Positions 1 to 8,216 of a stretch of 46,459 nucleotides of DNA are shown here, in pieces. The first letter of the stretch is position 1, and each line of letters begins with the position of its first letter. The notes under the pieces are model-generated. The model was not told the DNA's origin. It did not search any database and worked only from the letters and a program-made list of their open reading frames with translations. Source of the stretch: Salibacteraceae bacterium. Lineage in GTDB: Bacteria; Pseudomonadota; Gammaproteobacteria; HK1. Made by a program: the position numbers and the translations under genes. The stretch covers positions 1 through 46,459 of the forward strand of contig CAXMNG010000251.1 in the NCBI GenBank assembly GCA_964194585.1. The letters run 5' to 3'.

Positions 1-566
1 GCGTCAAGCGTGTGCCGCTGGTTTCCGGGACACGCTTGCCACTGCTCGACGAGGAACTGCGCCTGGATTTGCGGGTCGCCGCGCAGATGGATCTACTCAC
101 ATCGACTGATCGGGGCCGCATCACCCGCAAAGTGCGCGATGCCCTCGGCAGCCGGGACGGTTGGATCGCACGCCGGGGCGGCGTGCTTCAAGTGGTATCC
201 CTGTCTCTTACCGACAGCGCGCCGCGCTCCCTGGTGGAGGCCTGGTATCGACGCGAGGCCAACCGATGTCTGTCGGCGCGCATGATGCCCTACGGGCGAA
301 TACTCGGAGTGGAACCAAAACGCATCAGCATTCGTGCGCAACGCACACGTTGGGGAAGTTGCTCGTCCCAGGGCACCGTTTGTTTGAACTGGCGCCTGAT
401 GTTGCTGCCCTCGGATCTGTGCGACTATATTCTGGTCCACGAGCTCTGCCACTTGCGGCACCTGGACCACTCGGCCAGATTCTGGGCGTTGGTGGAGAGC
501 GTGTTTCCGGACTACGCGCAACGCGAAGACCGACTGGAATCCATGCAGGGAAATCTGGCTTTGTAG
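1..566 (+). CDS. YgjP-like (DUF45) M48-family zinc metallohydrolase, 5'-truncated at window edge
   Basis: ORF 12..566 stays open upstream to the window edge in the same frame. It carries the family signature RWGSCS..NWRLMLLP..DYILVHELCHLRHLDHSARFW, with an HExxH zinc motif. Confidence 0.8.
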   Translation, partial: VKRVPLVSGTRLPLLDEELRLDLRVAAQMDLLTSTDRGRITRKVRDALGSRDGWIARRGGVLQVVSLSLTDSAPRSLVEAWYRREANRCLSARMMPYGRILGVEPKRISIRAQRTRWGSCSSQGTVCLNWRLMLLPSDLCDYILVHELCHLRHLDHSARFWALVESVFPDYAQREDRLESMQGNLAL

Positions 567-656
567 AGAGCGGCGCGACTGAGCGGACTGGATCTGAATA
601 GCTGCGCAGAAATACACTCCACTCCAGCTACAGCAGAGCGACTTTCACGTCTTCCC

Positions 657-723
657 CCTGTAGGAGCGAGCTTGCTCGCGAATTCGGCGCCAGAAGATTC
701 GCGAGCAAGCTCGCTCCTACAGG
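657..723. repeat. REP-like extragenic palindrome: perfect 27-bp inverted arms (CCTGTAGGAGCGAGCTTGCTCGCGAAT) around a 13-nt loop
   Basis: Read directly: 657-683 is the exact reverse complement of 697-723. Each arm contains an internal GCGAGC-nn-GCTCGC mini-hairpin. It lies between the convergent DUF45 and DUF4124 genes. The arm sequence resembles Pseudomonas-type REP units. Confidence 0.8.
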
Positions 724-889
724 ACTTCACAGTCGTATCAGGCTTGGTCCCCTTCCCCTCGCCTCGAGGGGGAGGGACACGACTCCAGGGATGGAGGAGG
801 TAGAACCGCGTCTGGAACAGCGGTCGAGGGTGGGGGTGTAGACAATCAGCGCTCCAGCGAAGCCGCTGCTAAGCAGGATTTCTGCTCGG

Positions 890-1534
890 CTATTTAGTTC
901 CCTTGAGCTCCCGGTAGCGATCCAGATCTTTGGTGAACTGGGCGGCGAGCTCGGCTTTCTGCAAACGGCGATTGTCGATGAAGCTCTGGCGGTCCTTTAA
1001 CTGTTGTTCCATGTTGGCGATCTTGTTGGTGATCTCCGGGGTAATTGCTTTCCCGCCGCGTTCCAGCTTCGCTGCCTGGGATCGCAGTTGCTTCAACGAC
1101 TGTTCGATTTGCTTGAGAATCCTTTTGGTGTGGCCAATGCGGATATCGATGGCCGCCACCTGGCCCTCATGGACCATCAAAAGTTCCTTTTCGGTAGTGA
1201 AGGTGCTGAGCAGAACGCGGTCCTTCGTTTTGCGCTCGCGAAGCTTGCGCTCTTTTTCCGCACGGATGGCCTCGGTGCGCGCCGCTTCCGCGCGCTCAAT
1301 GCGCAGCTCTTCCTTCGATTTGGCGCGCTTGGTCGTGCTTACCGTGATTCCCTCCTTGGTCAATTCACGATGAGCCTTCTGCGCGTACTTCGGCGGTACG
1401 GTGTTGCCGCACTCGCGCACGCCATCGTCGTTGGTCCAGCACTTGATACCGGCCGATGCCGGAAGTGGCAGCAGCGCAGCTGCCAGGACAGCGAGTGCGC
1501 AGGGCAACAACGAGACTCTAGGAGCATTCATCAA
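890..1534 (-). CDS. DUF4124 domain-containing periplasmic coiled-coil protein
   Basis: 214 aa. Signal peptide LLPCALAVLAAALLPLPASA followed by IKCWTNDDGVRECGNTVPPKY (DUF4124-like), then a long Lys/Glu/Arg-rich helical region. Confidence 0.75.
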   Translation of the reverse strand: MMNAPRVSLLPCALAVLAAALLPLPASAGIKCWTNDDGVRECGNTVPPKYAQKAHRELTKEGITVSTTKRAKSKEELRIERAEAARTEAIRAEKERKLRERKTKDRVLLSTFTTEKELLMVHEGQVAAIDIRIGHTKRILKQIEQSLKQLRSQAAKLERGGKAITPEITNKIANMEQQLKDRQSFIDNRRLQKAELAAQFTKDLDRYRELKGTK

Positions 1535-1698
1535 ACCACACCTGCTGATCTCGATAATCAGTCCGCCGCATGACTTAGCGGGGTTAGGTCACTACGGGCC
1601 GGTAACTCGGCTCGATAGCCAGATTATAGGGGATCGCCATTTCCGAGCGGAGCGTTCACTCCGGAATTTGCGACCCCACTCACACTTTTAGCTCCTGC

Positions 1699-2340
1699 TC
1701 AGGCACCGTAGGATTCCCGGTAGGCGCGCAGCCGCTGGAGTTCAGCCTTCATATCGGCATCGTTTTCCAAATACTCGACGAGATTCTCGAGGGACACTAT
1801 GCTGATGACCCTCAGACCCAGCTCCTGCTCGATATCCTGGATTGCCGAGAGGCGTCCGGTTCCCCGTTCCTGGCGATCCAGAGATATGGCGGCGGCCACA
1901 GGGACGGCGCCGGCCGCGCGGATGATCGTGACGGATTCGCGGGTCGAGGTGCCTGCCGAAATCACGTCGTCGACCATGAGAATACGCCCGTGGAGGGCTG
2001 CGCCCACGGTAACCCCGCCCTCTCCGTGATCCTTGGCCTCCTTGCGGTTGAAGCAATAGGGAAGGTCGAGCCCGTGCTCGTCGTTGAGCGCCATGGCGAC
2101 CGCCGCGACCAGGGGGATCCCCTTGTAGGCCGGCCCATAGAGCATGTCGAAATCCAGGTCCGATGCGGTTATCGCGGCTGCGTAAAAGCGTGCCAGGCGC
2201 GCCAAGCTGCCGCCGCTGTTGAACAGACCGCTGTTGAAAAAATACGGGCTCGTGCGACCGGACTTGAGGACGAACTCCCCGAACCGCAGCACCCCGTGTT
2301 GCAGCGCGAACCGGATGAACTCCTGCTGATAGGTCGGCAT
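1699..2340 (-). CDS. pyrE: orotate phosphoribosyltransferase
   Basis: 213 aa. [27 protein letters not shown]-terminus and PRPP-binding loop [13 protein letters not shown]. Confidence 0.95.
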   Translation of the reverse strand: MPTYQQEFIRFALQHGVLRFGEFVLKSGRTSPYFFNSGLFNSGGSLARLARFYAAAITASDLDFDMLYGPAYKGIPLVAAVAMALNDEHGLDLPYCFNRKEAKDHGEGGVTVGAALHGRILMVDDVISAGTSTRESVTIIRAAGAVPVAAAISLDRQERGTGRLSAIQDIEQELGLRVISIVSLENLVEYLENDADMKAELQRLRAYRESYGA

Positions 2341-2463
2341 GAAAAATAACCTGCACTCGCGGGGTGGTGGACGCAGCTCGATGGTAGTGGGCAGCGCCGC
2401 CGATTGGTAGCGGCCACCGGCTGTTTCCCCCGCTGCCGTCAGGCACTACCATTGTCGGCGCCC

Positions 2464-3237
2464 ATGCGCATCATCACGCTCAATTGCAACGGTATCCGTG
2501 CGGCGGCTCGCAAAGGGCTGTTCGACTGGTTACCGCAACAGCATGCCGACGTCGTCTGCCTGCAGGAGGTTCGCGCCCCCGCGGAAGTGGTATCGGACGC
2601 CCCCTTTCAGTTGCCCGGATACCATTGCTATTACCTGTGCGCCGAGCGCAAGGGCTACAGCGGTGTTGCACTGCTAAGCCAACGCCAGCCGGACGCCGTC
2701 GTGGAGGGGCTCGGTTGGGCGGATATGGACCAGGAAGCACGCTATTTGGAAGCCCGGTATCCGGGACTCAGCGTGATCTCCGTTTACATCCCTTCGGGCT
2801 CGTCGAAGGACGAGCGCCAGCAGGTGAAGATGGATTTTCTGGACCGATTTCTGACCCACGTTAAAGCATTACGACGCAAACGGCGGGAGTATGTGATCTG
2901 CGGTGACTGGAATATCGCGCACAAAGAGATCGACCTCAAGAACTGGCGCGCGAATCAGAAGAACTCGGGATTTCTGCCCGAGGAACGCGCTTGGATGGAT
3001 CAGCTGTTCGGATCGGCCGGATTTGTCGACGCCTTCCGGGTCCTGAACAAGGAAGCCGATCAATACACTTGGTGGTCGAACCGTGGTCAGGCCCGGGCGA
3101 AGAACGTAGGTTGGCGTCTGGACTACCAGGTGGTGAGTCCGAAGCTCGAATCCTGCGTCGAGAAAGCGGAGATTTACACCGCCGTGCCTTTTTCCGACCA
3201 TGCTCCCCTGATCATGGACTACGATAGGGATTGGTGA
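2464..3237 (+). CDS. xthA: exodeoxyribonuclease III
   Basis: MRIITLNCNGIRAA..VVCLQEV..GDWNIAH..FSDHAPL, an EEP nuclease fold. ATG at 2464 is chosen over the ORF-track 2404 because homology begins at MRII. Confidence 0.93.
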   Translation: MRIITLNCNGIRAAARKGLFDWLPQQHADVVCLQEVRAPAEVVSDAPFQLPGYHCYYLCAERKGYSGVALLSQRQPDAVVEGLGWADMDQEARYLEARYPGLSVISVYIPSGSSKDERQQVKMDFLDRFLTHVKALRRKRREYVICGDWNIAHKEIDLKNWRANQKNSGFLPEERAWMDQLFGSAGFVDAFRVLNKEADQYTWWSNRGQARAKNVGWRLDYQVVSPKLESCVEKAEIYTAVPFSDHAPLIMDYDRDW

Positions 3238-3440
3238 CCGCGGCTGCGGGAAGGCTGGAACGGGCCTCATTCCGACCCTAAAGAACCCCGCAAAACCGCC
3301 AAAATACCGAGATTGTGACCTGTACCCGGTGCGCCGGGGCCGGTACCGGTATTAGAATTAAAAGCCGACCGACAAGAGAATCGGCAGGATTTTGGCGGTG
3401 TCCGAGCCCCCCCCTGCCAGGCTGACGGAGAGTGTACGAC

Positions 3441-4247
3441 ATGGGTTTACTCGATGAGCTCAAACAGGAGGTAAAGGACCTAAAGGTCAGGGAAGACAAA
3501 GGGCAAGACCCGACCCAGGCGAACGCGAAGCCCGATGCGGACGCGGGACAAGCGCGCCGCATGCTCGCGCCGAAAATGAAGGCCCTCTACAACTACTTCA
3601 AGGAGTTCAACGAGCACCTGAACGTAGTGAGTCCCGACGTATCGGGCGACTATCTCCTGGAGGGATTGGGCACACTCACCAATCTGCGGCAGGGTGATTA
3701 CAAGCTCACTACGGATGATCCGAAGTCGATACAAAAGTTTACCTTCCATTGGTCCTGCTCCGGCCCGGGGCGCCAGGAATTCAAGGTCACGAATCCGATT
3801 ATCGCGGAGAAGCACCGGGAAGCTCTCTGGAACTTGAACCTGCGCTTCAACAAGCGCGACCTTCAGAAGGGCGCCGGAGCGGTGTTGGTGGTAGAGGCTT
3901 ACGTGCCCGTGTCGTTCGAATTCGAAGCGGACCCCGTAAAGAACGTCATTTCCTTGAAGCTCAAGAACCTCGGCGCGCTGGGCGTCGTCAATCACACCTA
4001 TTCGCCGGACAAGATCAACGTGGAGCTGATGGACGAGCTTGCGAAATGCGTTCTGCGCCGGCCGAATCGATTCGACGAGCTGAATGGTGAGAAGATGTCC
4101 GACACGCTGCGGCAACGCCTTCGCGAAAACGTGGAGAAGGAACGCGAGCAGCGCAACACGGAGCTGCATATCGACGGGGGTCAAAAGTCGTCGGTGACGC
4201 AGCGACTCAAGGGTTCGCTTTTCCGGCGCAAGTCCGCCGACAAATAG
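3441..4247 (+). CDS. hypothetical protein (no family recognised)
   Basis: 268-aa ORF with coding-like composition and GGAG 10 nt upstream of ATG 3441 (GTG 3432 is too close to that RBS). It has a charged helical N-terminus and C-terminus with a beta-rich middle. Its 3' end overlaps the convergent yggU by 41 bp. Confidence 0.6.
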   Translation: MGLLDELKQEVKDLKVREDKGQDPTQANAKPDADAGQARRMLAPKMKALYNYFKEFNEHLNVVSPDVSGDYLLEGLGTLTNLRQGDYKLTTDDPKSIQKFTFHWSCSGPGRQEFKVTNPIIAEKHREALWNLNLRFNKRDLQKGAGAVLVVEAYVPVSFEFEADPVKNVISLKLKNLGALGVVNHTYSPDKINVELMDELAKCVLRRPNRFDELNGEKMSDTLRQRLRENVEKEREQRNTELHIDGGQKSSVTQRLKGSLFRRKSADK

Positions 4248-4542
4248 ACCGCCGTTTACCCGGCAGCCATTCCGGCCGCCGCCGAGGGCCCTCGACCGCG
4301 ACGCGCTTGTCACGTTTACTGGCACCTGCCAGCAAATACACCCGGGATTTTGCCACTCCGAGCTCTTTCGCGAGCATCGCTATCATTCGCCGATTTGCCG
4401 CGTTGTCCACCGGTGCCGCGGTGACCCGTATTCGCAACCGTCCGTTGGCTACACCGGCCACGGAATTGTCCCTCGACCGGGGCTGCAGCCGAACTTCCAG
4501 GACCAGCGTCTCCCCATCCCAACGAAAAAAGGGGGGGGTCAG
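4207..4542 (-). CDS. yggU: DUF167 (YggU) family protein; start codon uncertain
   Basis: The 3' third of ORF 4207..5220 reads WDGETLVLEVRLQPRSRDNSVAGVANGRLRIRVTAAPVDNAANRRMIAMLAKELGVAKSRVYLLAGASKRDKRV, which is typical DUF167. No in-frame ATG/GTG/TTG lies between the yggT stop (4554) and this core; only CTG at 4542. Confidence 0.6.
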   Translation of the reverse strand: MTPPFFRWDGETLVLEVRLQPRSRDNSVAGVANGRLRIRVTAAPVDNAANRRMIAMLAKELGVAKSRVYLLAGASKRDKRVAVEGPRRRPEWLPGKRRSICRRTCAGKANP

Positions 4543-4553
4543 GTCTAAACCCC

Positions 4554-5132
4554 CTACACCAGCATGGAGCGAGCGAGATCGCGAATGGGCGCCACGGCCA
4601 GTATGGACACGAGCTGCAAAAAGATGAAGACGGCGATGGGCGACAGATCGAATCCGGAAATGGGCGGAATCACGCGCCGCGCAGGCGCAAGCAACGGTTC
4701 GTTGAGGCTGTGCAGCAGCCCCATAACCGGGTTGGACATGCCCGGGTTCACCCAGCTGATGATTACCTGGATCAGAATGGAAACGATGAACACGTTGACG
4801 AGCAGGCCAAGCAACTCGGCGATAGTCAGAATCGCCAGGCCGCCGACCTGTGGCGTGATCCCCAGCAGGCCGGTTACGAGCCACAGCTCGGTGAATTTCA
4901 GGGCGAACATTAACACCGCTGCCGCCAGATCCACCCCGCCGAATCCAGGGATGATTTTCCGCAGGGGGCGAAGCGGCGGCTGCGTGGCTTTGACGATAAA
5001 CTGTGATACCGGATTGTAGAAGTTCGCCCGCGTCCACTGCAGCAGGAAGCGCAGCATGACGAGGAGGATGTACAGGAAGAAGACGGTTTCGATGAGGAAG
5101 GTCGCAGCATTGCCGACATAGGAACCGCTCAT
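4554..5132 (-). CDS. yggT: YggT family membrane protein
   Basis: 192 aa, multi-TM. FLLQWTRANFYNPVSQFIVKATQPPLRPLRKIIP is the YggT repeat signature. Its ATG overlaps the proC stop (ATGA). Confidence 0.9.
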   Translation of the reverse strand: MSGSYVGNAATFLIETVFFLYILLVMLRFLLQWTRANFYNPVSQFIVKATQPPLRPLRKIIPGFGGVDLAAAVLMFALKFTELWLVTGLLGITPQVGGLAILTIAELLGLLVNVFIVSILIQVIISWVNPGMSNPVMGLLHSLNEPLLAPARRVIPPISGFDLSPIAVFIFLQLVSILAVAPIRDLARSMLV

Positions 5133-5983
5133 CAGTTACTTCCCTCGTCCGGCCTGGGGTCCCGCCCGAACTCATGGCCGAGTTCCACCGCACGATCCCG
5201 GGATGCTTCCAGTGCGTCATGGATCAAATGCTCCATGCCGCCGGCCATGAGCGCGTCCAGGGCGCGCTCCGTGGTGCCGCCGGGAGAAGTGACCCGGGCT
5301 CGAAGCGTGGCCGGAGAATCGCTGCTCTCCAGCGCCATTTTGGCGGCCCCGAAGGCGGTCTGGATGGTCAGCATACGCGCGTCGTCCTTGCTCAGACCCA
5401 TGCTGATTCCGGTCCGCTCCATGTACTCCATGAGCAGGAAGTAGTACGCGGGCCCGCTTCCCGAGAGCCCTGTCACGGCATCCAGAAGATTCTCGTCCTC
5501 GACCCACAGCGTCAGTCCCACGGCCCTCAACACCGACTCGGCGAGGCTGCGTTGCTCGTCGCTGACAAAAGAGTTTGCGTACAGGGCCGTGGCGCCGCTG
5601 CCGACCAGTGCTGGTGTGTTCGGCATGCTGCGCACGATGGCTGCATCGAAGCCCAGCCAGCGCAGAATGTCGGGTTCGCGGACGCCGGCCGCGACGGATA
5701 TGAACAGTGGCCGATGGGCCTTGCCAGGCACGGCGATGCCTTTTACGACCGGCGCCATGATCTGCGGCTTCACTGCGAACACGACGGTGCTCCCATGGCT
5801 GACAGCCTCCTCGTTGTCGGTGCTGGTCTGCACACGGAAGGCCTCCGCCAGGGCTTCGAGTGTGGCCCTTTCGGGATCACTGACGTATATGGATGCCGGA
5901 TCGCGACCGTCCGCGATCAGACCACCGATGAGGCTGGTTGCCATGTTGCCACCGCCGATGAAGCTGATGATGCCGTCCGTCAT
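5132..5983 (-). CDS. proC: pyrroline-5-carboxylate reductase
   Basis: ISFIGGGNMATSLIGGL Rossmann N-terminus and a SPGGTTE C-terminal motif; 283 aa. Confidence 0.93.
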   Translation of the reverse strand: MTDGIISFIGGGNMATSLIGGLIADGRDPASIYVSDPERATLEALAEAFRVQTSTDNEEAVSHGSTVVFAVKPQIMAPVVKGIAVPGKAHRPLFISVAAGVREPDILRWLGFDAAIVRSMPNTPALVGSGATALYANSFVSDEQRSLAESVLRAVGLTLWVEDENLLDAVTGLSGSGPAYYFLLMEYMERTGISMGLSKDDARMLTIQTAFGAAKMALESSDSPATLRARVTSPGGTTERALDALMAGGMEHLIHDALEASRDRAVELGHEFGRDPRPDEGSN

Positions 5984-6083
5984 CCTGGTTCGGTCCCGTT
6001 GCCCGCCGTTGGCCCATTATGGGCAATTCCGACAATCACGGAAACTCTCCCTCCGGTCGCCGATGGTCGACTAAACTGCTGCC

Positions 6084-7253
6084 ATGACACGACGCCAGGA
6101 CAAACGCGCGAAAGTGGCATCATCGGAGACGTCGCTGTCGCGGCCTCTGCCGGTTCTCGCCAGCGCCTACGCCAGGTTCGTTGTCGGATTCGTGCTGATA
6201 CTGAGCGTGACGGTGATCGCCGTCGGTGGACCCGCCGCCAGCGCGCTGGCGCAATCCACCGACGTGACAGCGTTGCTGCGGCGTGCGGAGAGCGGCGACG
6301 CGCGCGCGGCCTTCATTCTCGGAATGCGCTACGCGAAGCCGGGTGATAGCAGCAGGGACGACGCGGAAGCCGTCCGCTGGCTGCGCCGGGCCGCCGAGCA
6401 GGGTCTTGCCGAGGCCCAATACAATCTCGGTATCATGTATGCCGGTGGCCGTGGGGTCGCCCAGGACAGCGGGCAAGCCGCCGATTGGTATCGGCAGGCA
6501 GCCGAGCAAGGTCTCGCCGGCGCGCAGTACAACCTGGGCGCTCAGTACGCCGTGGGCGACGGCGTGCCCCGCGATGAGCAGCAGGCGGCGACCTGGTTCG
6601 AGCGCGCCGCCCTGCAGAACGTTCCCGAGGCCGCATACAATCTCGGTGTGCTCTACGATCTCGGGCGCGGCGTCAATGCCGATGCCGCCACCGCCATGCA
6701 CTGGTACGAACGCGCGGCCGCGCGTGGTTATCACCCGGCCGCTTCGCGACTCGCCGCATTGCGGGCCGCCAATCCGAGCCTCGCGTCGAAGCCTTCGGCG
6801 TCGTCTTCGACGACTGGTGCTGGAGAGCAGCCGGGGAAGTCCGCCGGGTCTGTGCCCGCCGAATTGCCGTCCGCGCCGGCTGCGGCGCTCTCAGCGGCTT
6901 CATCGGCGCCGTCTTCCGCCGAGCCGGCGGGTGGGGATCGAGCATCGAGCGCCGGACAGCGCTCGGCAAGCTTGTGGTTGGCGCGCCTGGATCCGGATCA
7001 CTACACGCTGCAGGTGCTTAGCCATACCGACGAGGCGTCGGTGCGGCGCTACCTGGAAGGGAATTTCAACGACGACGAGGCGGGTTACTTCGCTTTCGAG
7101 CTCGACGGCAAGACCTGGTATACCGTGGTCACTGGTGATTACGCGAGCTACTCCCGGGCCACGGCAGCGGTGGAGAGTCTCGCTGGCCGGTTGCAGGGGT
7201 CGCAACCGTGGGTGCGGAAAATCGCCGTCATCCAGAAGGCCGCGATCCGCTGA
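6084..7253 (+). CDS. Sel1-repeat protein with C-terminal SPOR (peptidoglycan-binding) domain
   Basis: N-terminal TM segment, four or more Sel1 units (AQYNLGIMYAGGRGVAQD.., AQYNLGAQYAVGDGVPRD.., AAYNLGVLYDLGRGVNAD..), an Ala/Ser/Pro linker, then the SPOR-like YTLQVLSHTDEASVRRYL..YFAFELDGKTWYTVVTGDYASYSRATAAV. Confidence 0.85.
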   Translation: MTRRQDKRAKVASSETSLSRPLPVLASAYARFVVGFVLILSVTVIAVGGPAASALAQSTDVTALLRRAESGDARAAFILGMRYAKPGDSSRDDAEAVRWLRRAAEQGLAEAQYNLGIMYAGGRGVAQDSGQAADWYRQAAEQGLAGAQYNLGAQYAVGDGVPRDEQQAATWFERAALQNVPEAAYNLGVLYDLGRGVNADAATAMHWYERAAARGYHPAASRLAALRAANPSLASKPSASSSTTGAGEQPGKSAGSVPAELPSAPAAALSAASSAPSSAEPAGGDRASSAGQRSASLWLARLDPDHYTLQVLSHTDEASVRRYLEGNFNDDEAGYFAFELDGKTWYTVVTGDYASYSRATAAVESLAGRLQGSQPWVRKIAVIQKAAIR

Positions 7254-7257
7254 GCCT

Positions 7258-7971
7258 TCAACCTGGATTATTCATGACCATTCCAGGTTGACCTCTGGCG
7301 CCGAAAATCGCCGCGCCGATCCGAACGATGGTGGCGCCCTCGGCGATGGCAGCCTCCATGTCGTTGGTCATGCCCATGGAGAGCGTGTCGAGGGCGAAGC
7401 CCCTGGTGTTGAGCGTCTCCAGTGTGCGACGCAGCGCCGCGAATGGCCGGCGCTGCGCCTCCAGGTCGTCACAGGGGCGCGGCAGGGTCATGAGGCCGCG
7501 AAGCCTCAGCCGTGGCAACTCCGAGACGACCTGGGCCAGCTCTTCCACGTGATCCGGATCAACGCCGGACTTGGTGTCCTCGCCGCTCACGTTGACCTGA
7601 ATGCACACGTTCAGAGGGGGGAGATCCTCGGGCCGATGCGCATTCAGCCGGGCGGCGATCTTCGCCCTGTCGATGCTGTGCACCCAGGCGAAACGGGCGG
7701 CGACCACGCGCGTCTTGTTGGACTGAACAGGGCCAATAAAATGCCAGACGAGGTCGAGAGCCTCGAGCGCATCCAGCTTCACGAGGGCATCCTGGGCATG
7801 GTTCTCGCCGAAATCCCGCTGGCCGGCTTCGGCCGCGGCGCGCACCGCCTCGGGGGGCTTGCTCTTGCTCACGGCGAGCACCCGCACGTCGCCGGTTGGG
7901 CGGTCATAGCGGCGCTCCAGGACCGTGACCCGGTTCAGAGTTTCTTCCAGTGACTGTGCAATACTGCTCAT
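7258..7971 (-). CDS. yggS: YggS family pyridoxal-phosphate homeostasis protein
   Basis: VRVLAVSKSKP (PLP lysine), FGENHAQDA and WHFIGPVQSNKTR. ATG at 7971 (MSSIAQSLEE) is preferred over 8019. Confidence 0.92.
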   Translation of the reverse strand: MSSIAQSLEETLNRVTVLERRYDRPTGDVRVLAVSKSKPPEAVRAAAEAGQRDFGENHAQDALVKLDALEALDLVWHFIGPVQSNKTRVVAARFAWVHSIDRAKIAARLNAHRPEDLPPLNVCIQVNVSGEDTKSGVDPDHVEELAQVVSELPRLRLRGLMTLPRPCDDLEAQRRPFAALRRTLETLNTRGFALDTLSMGMTNDMEAAIAEGATIVRIGAAIFGARGQPGMVMNNPG

Positions 7972-8216
7972 GATCAGGTGACTCGGTGGCCGTGCTCCGT
8001 AGAATATCGAATCTGCCACCGGCGCGCGGGAGCCGAATGGCAGCCGACCCGGCCGGAACAGACCGGTGGGGGTTCGCCCGGCAGCCGGGACGTGTGGGGT
8101 AGCAAGACTCCCAAACTGCTTTGGGCGTGCCAGGTTCGCTAGACTATACTTTTTTAGTTCTGCGACAACCCGGGCCGACGCCTCGAGTGTCTATCTGCCA
8201 AAACGAGGGATCATGA

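Noticed and set aside
760-790. G/C-rich near-palindrome CCCCTCGCCTCGAGGGG in the DUF45/DUF4124 spacer, considered as an intrinsic terminator.
   Set aside because: The stem is short and imperfect, centred on a CTCGAG site, with no flanking U-tract on either strand. The neighbouring 27-bp REP-like palindrome is the more credible structure.
4543-5220. The upstream two-thirds of the 337-aa minus-strand ORF 4207..5220, suggesting a large protein.
   Set aside because: That part is an out-of-frame reading of yggT and of the proC 3' end. Only the last roughly 111 codons (DUF167) look real.
5174-6346. 390-aa plus-strand ORF antisense to proC.
   Set aside because: It is an antisense artefact in a GC-rich gene with no motifs. 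The proC assignment on the other strand is unambiguous.
6283-7953. 556-aa plus-strand ORF overlapping the Sel1-SPOR gene (out of frame) and antisense to yggS.
   Set aside because: It is Arg/Pro/Ser-rich with no motifs. Both overlapped genes have strong homology signatures in their own frames.
8121-8150. Sigma70-like hexamers TTGGGC, an 18-bp spacer, then TATACT upstream of pilT.
   Set aside because: It is plausible, but a single weak -35/-10 match in a 245-bp divergent spacer cannot be distinguished from chance without 5'-end data, so it is not reported as a feature.
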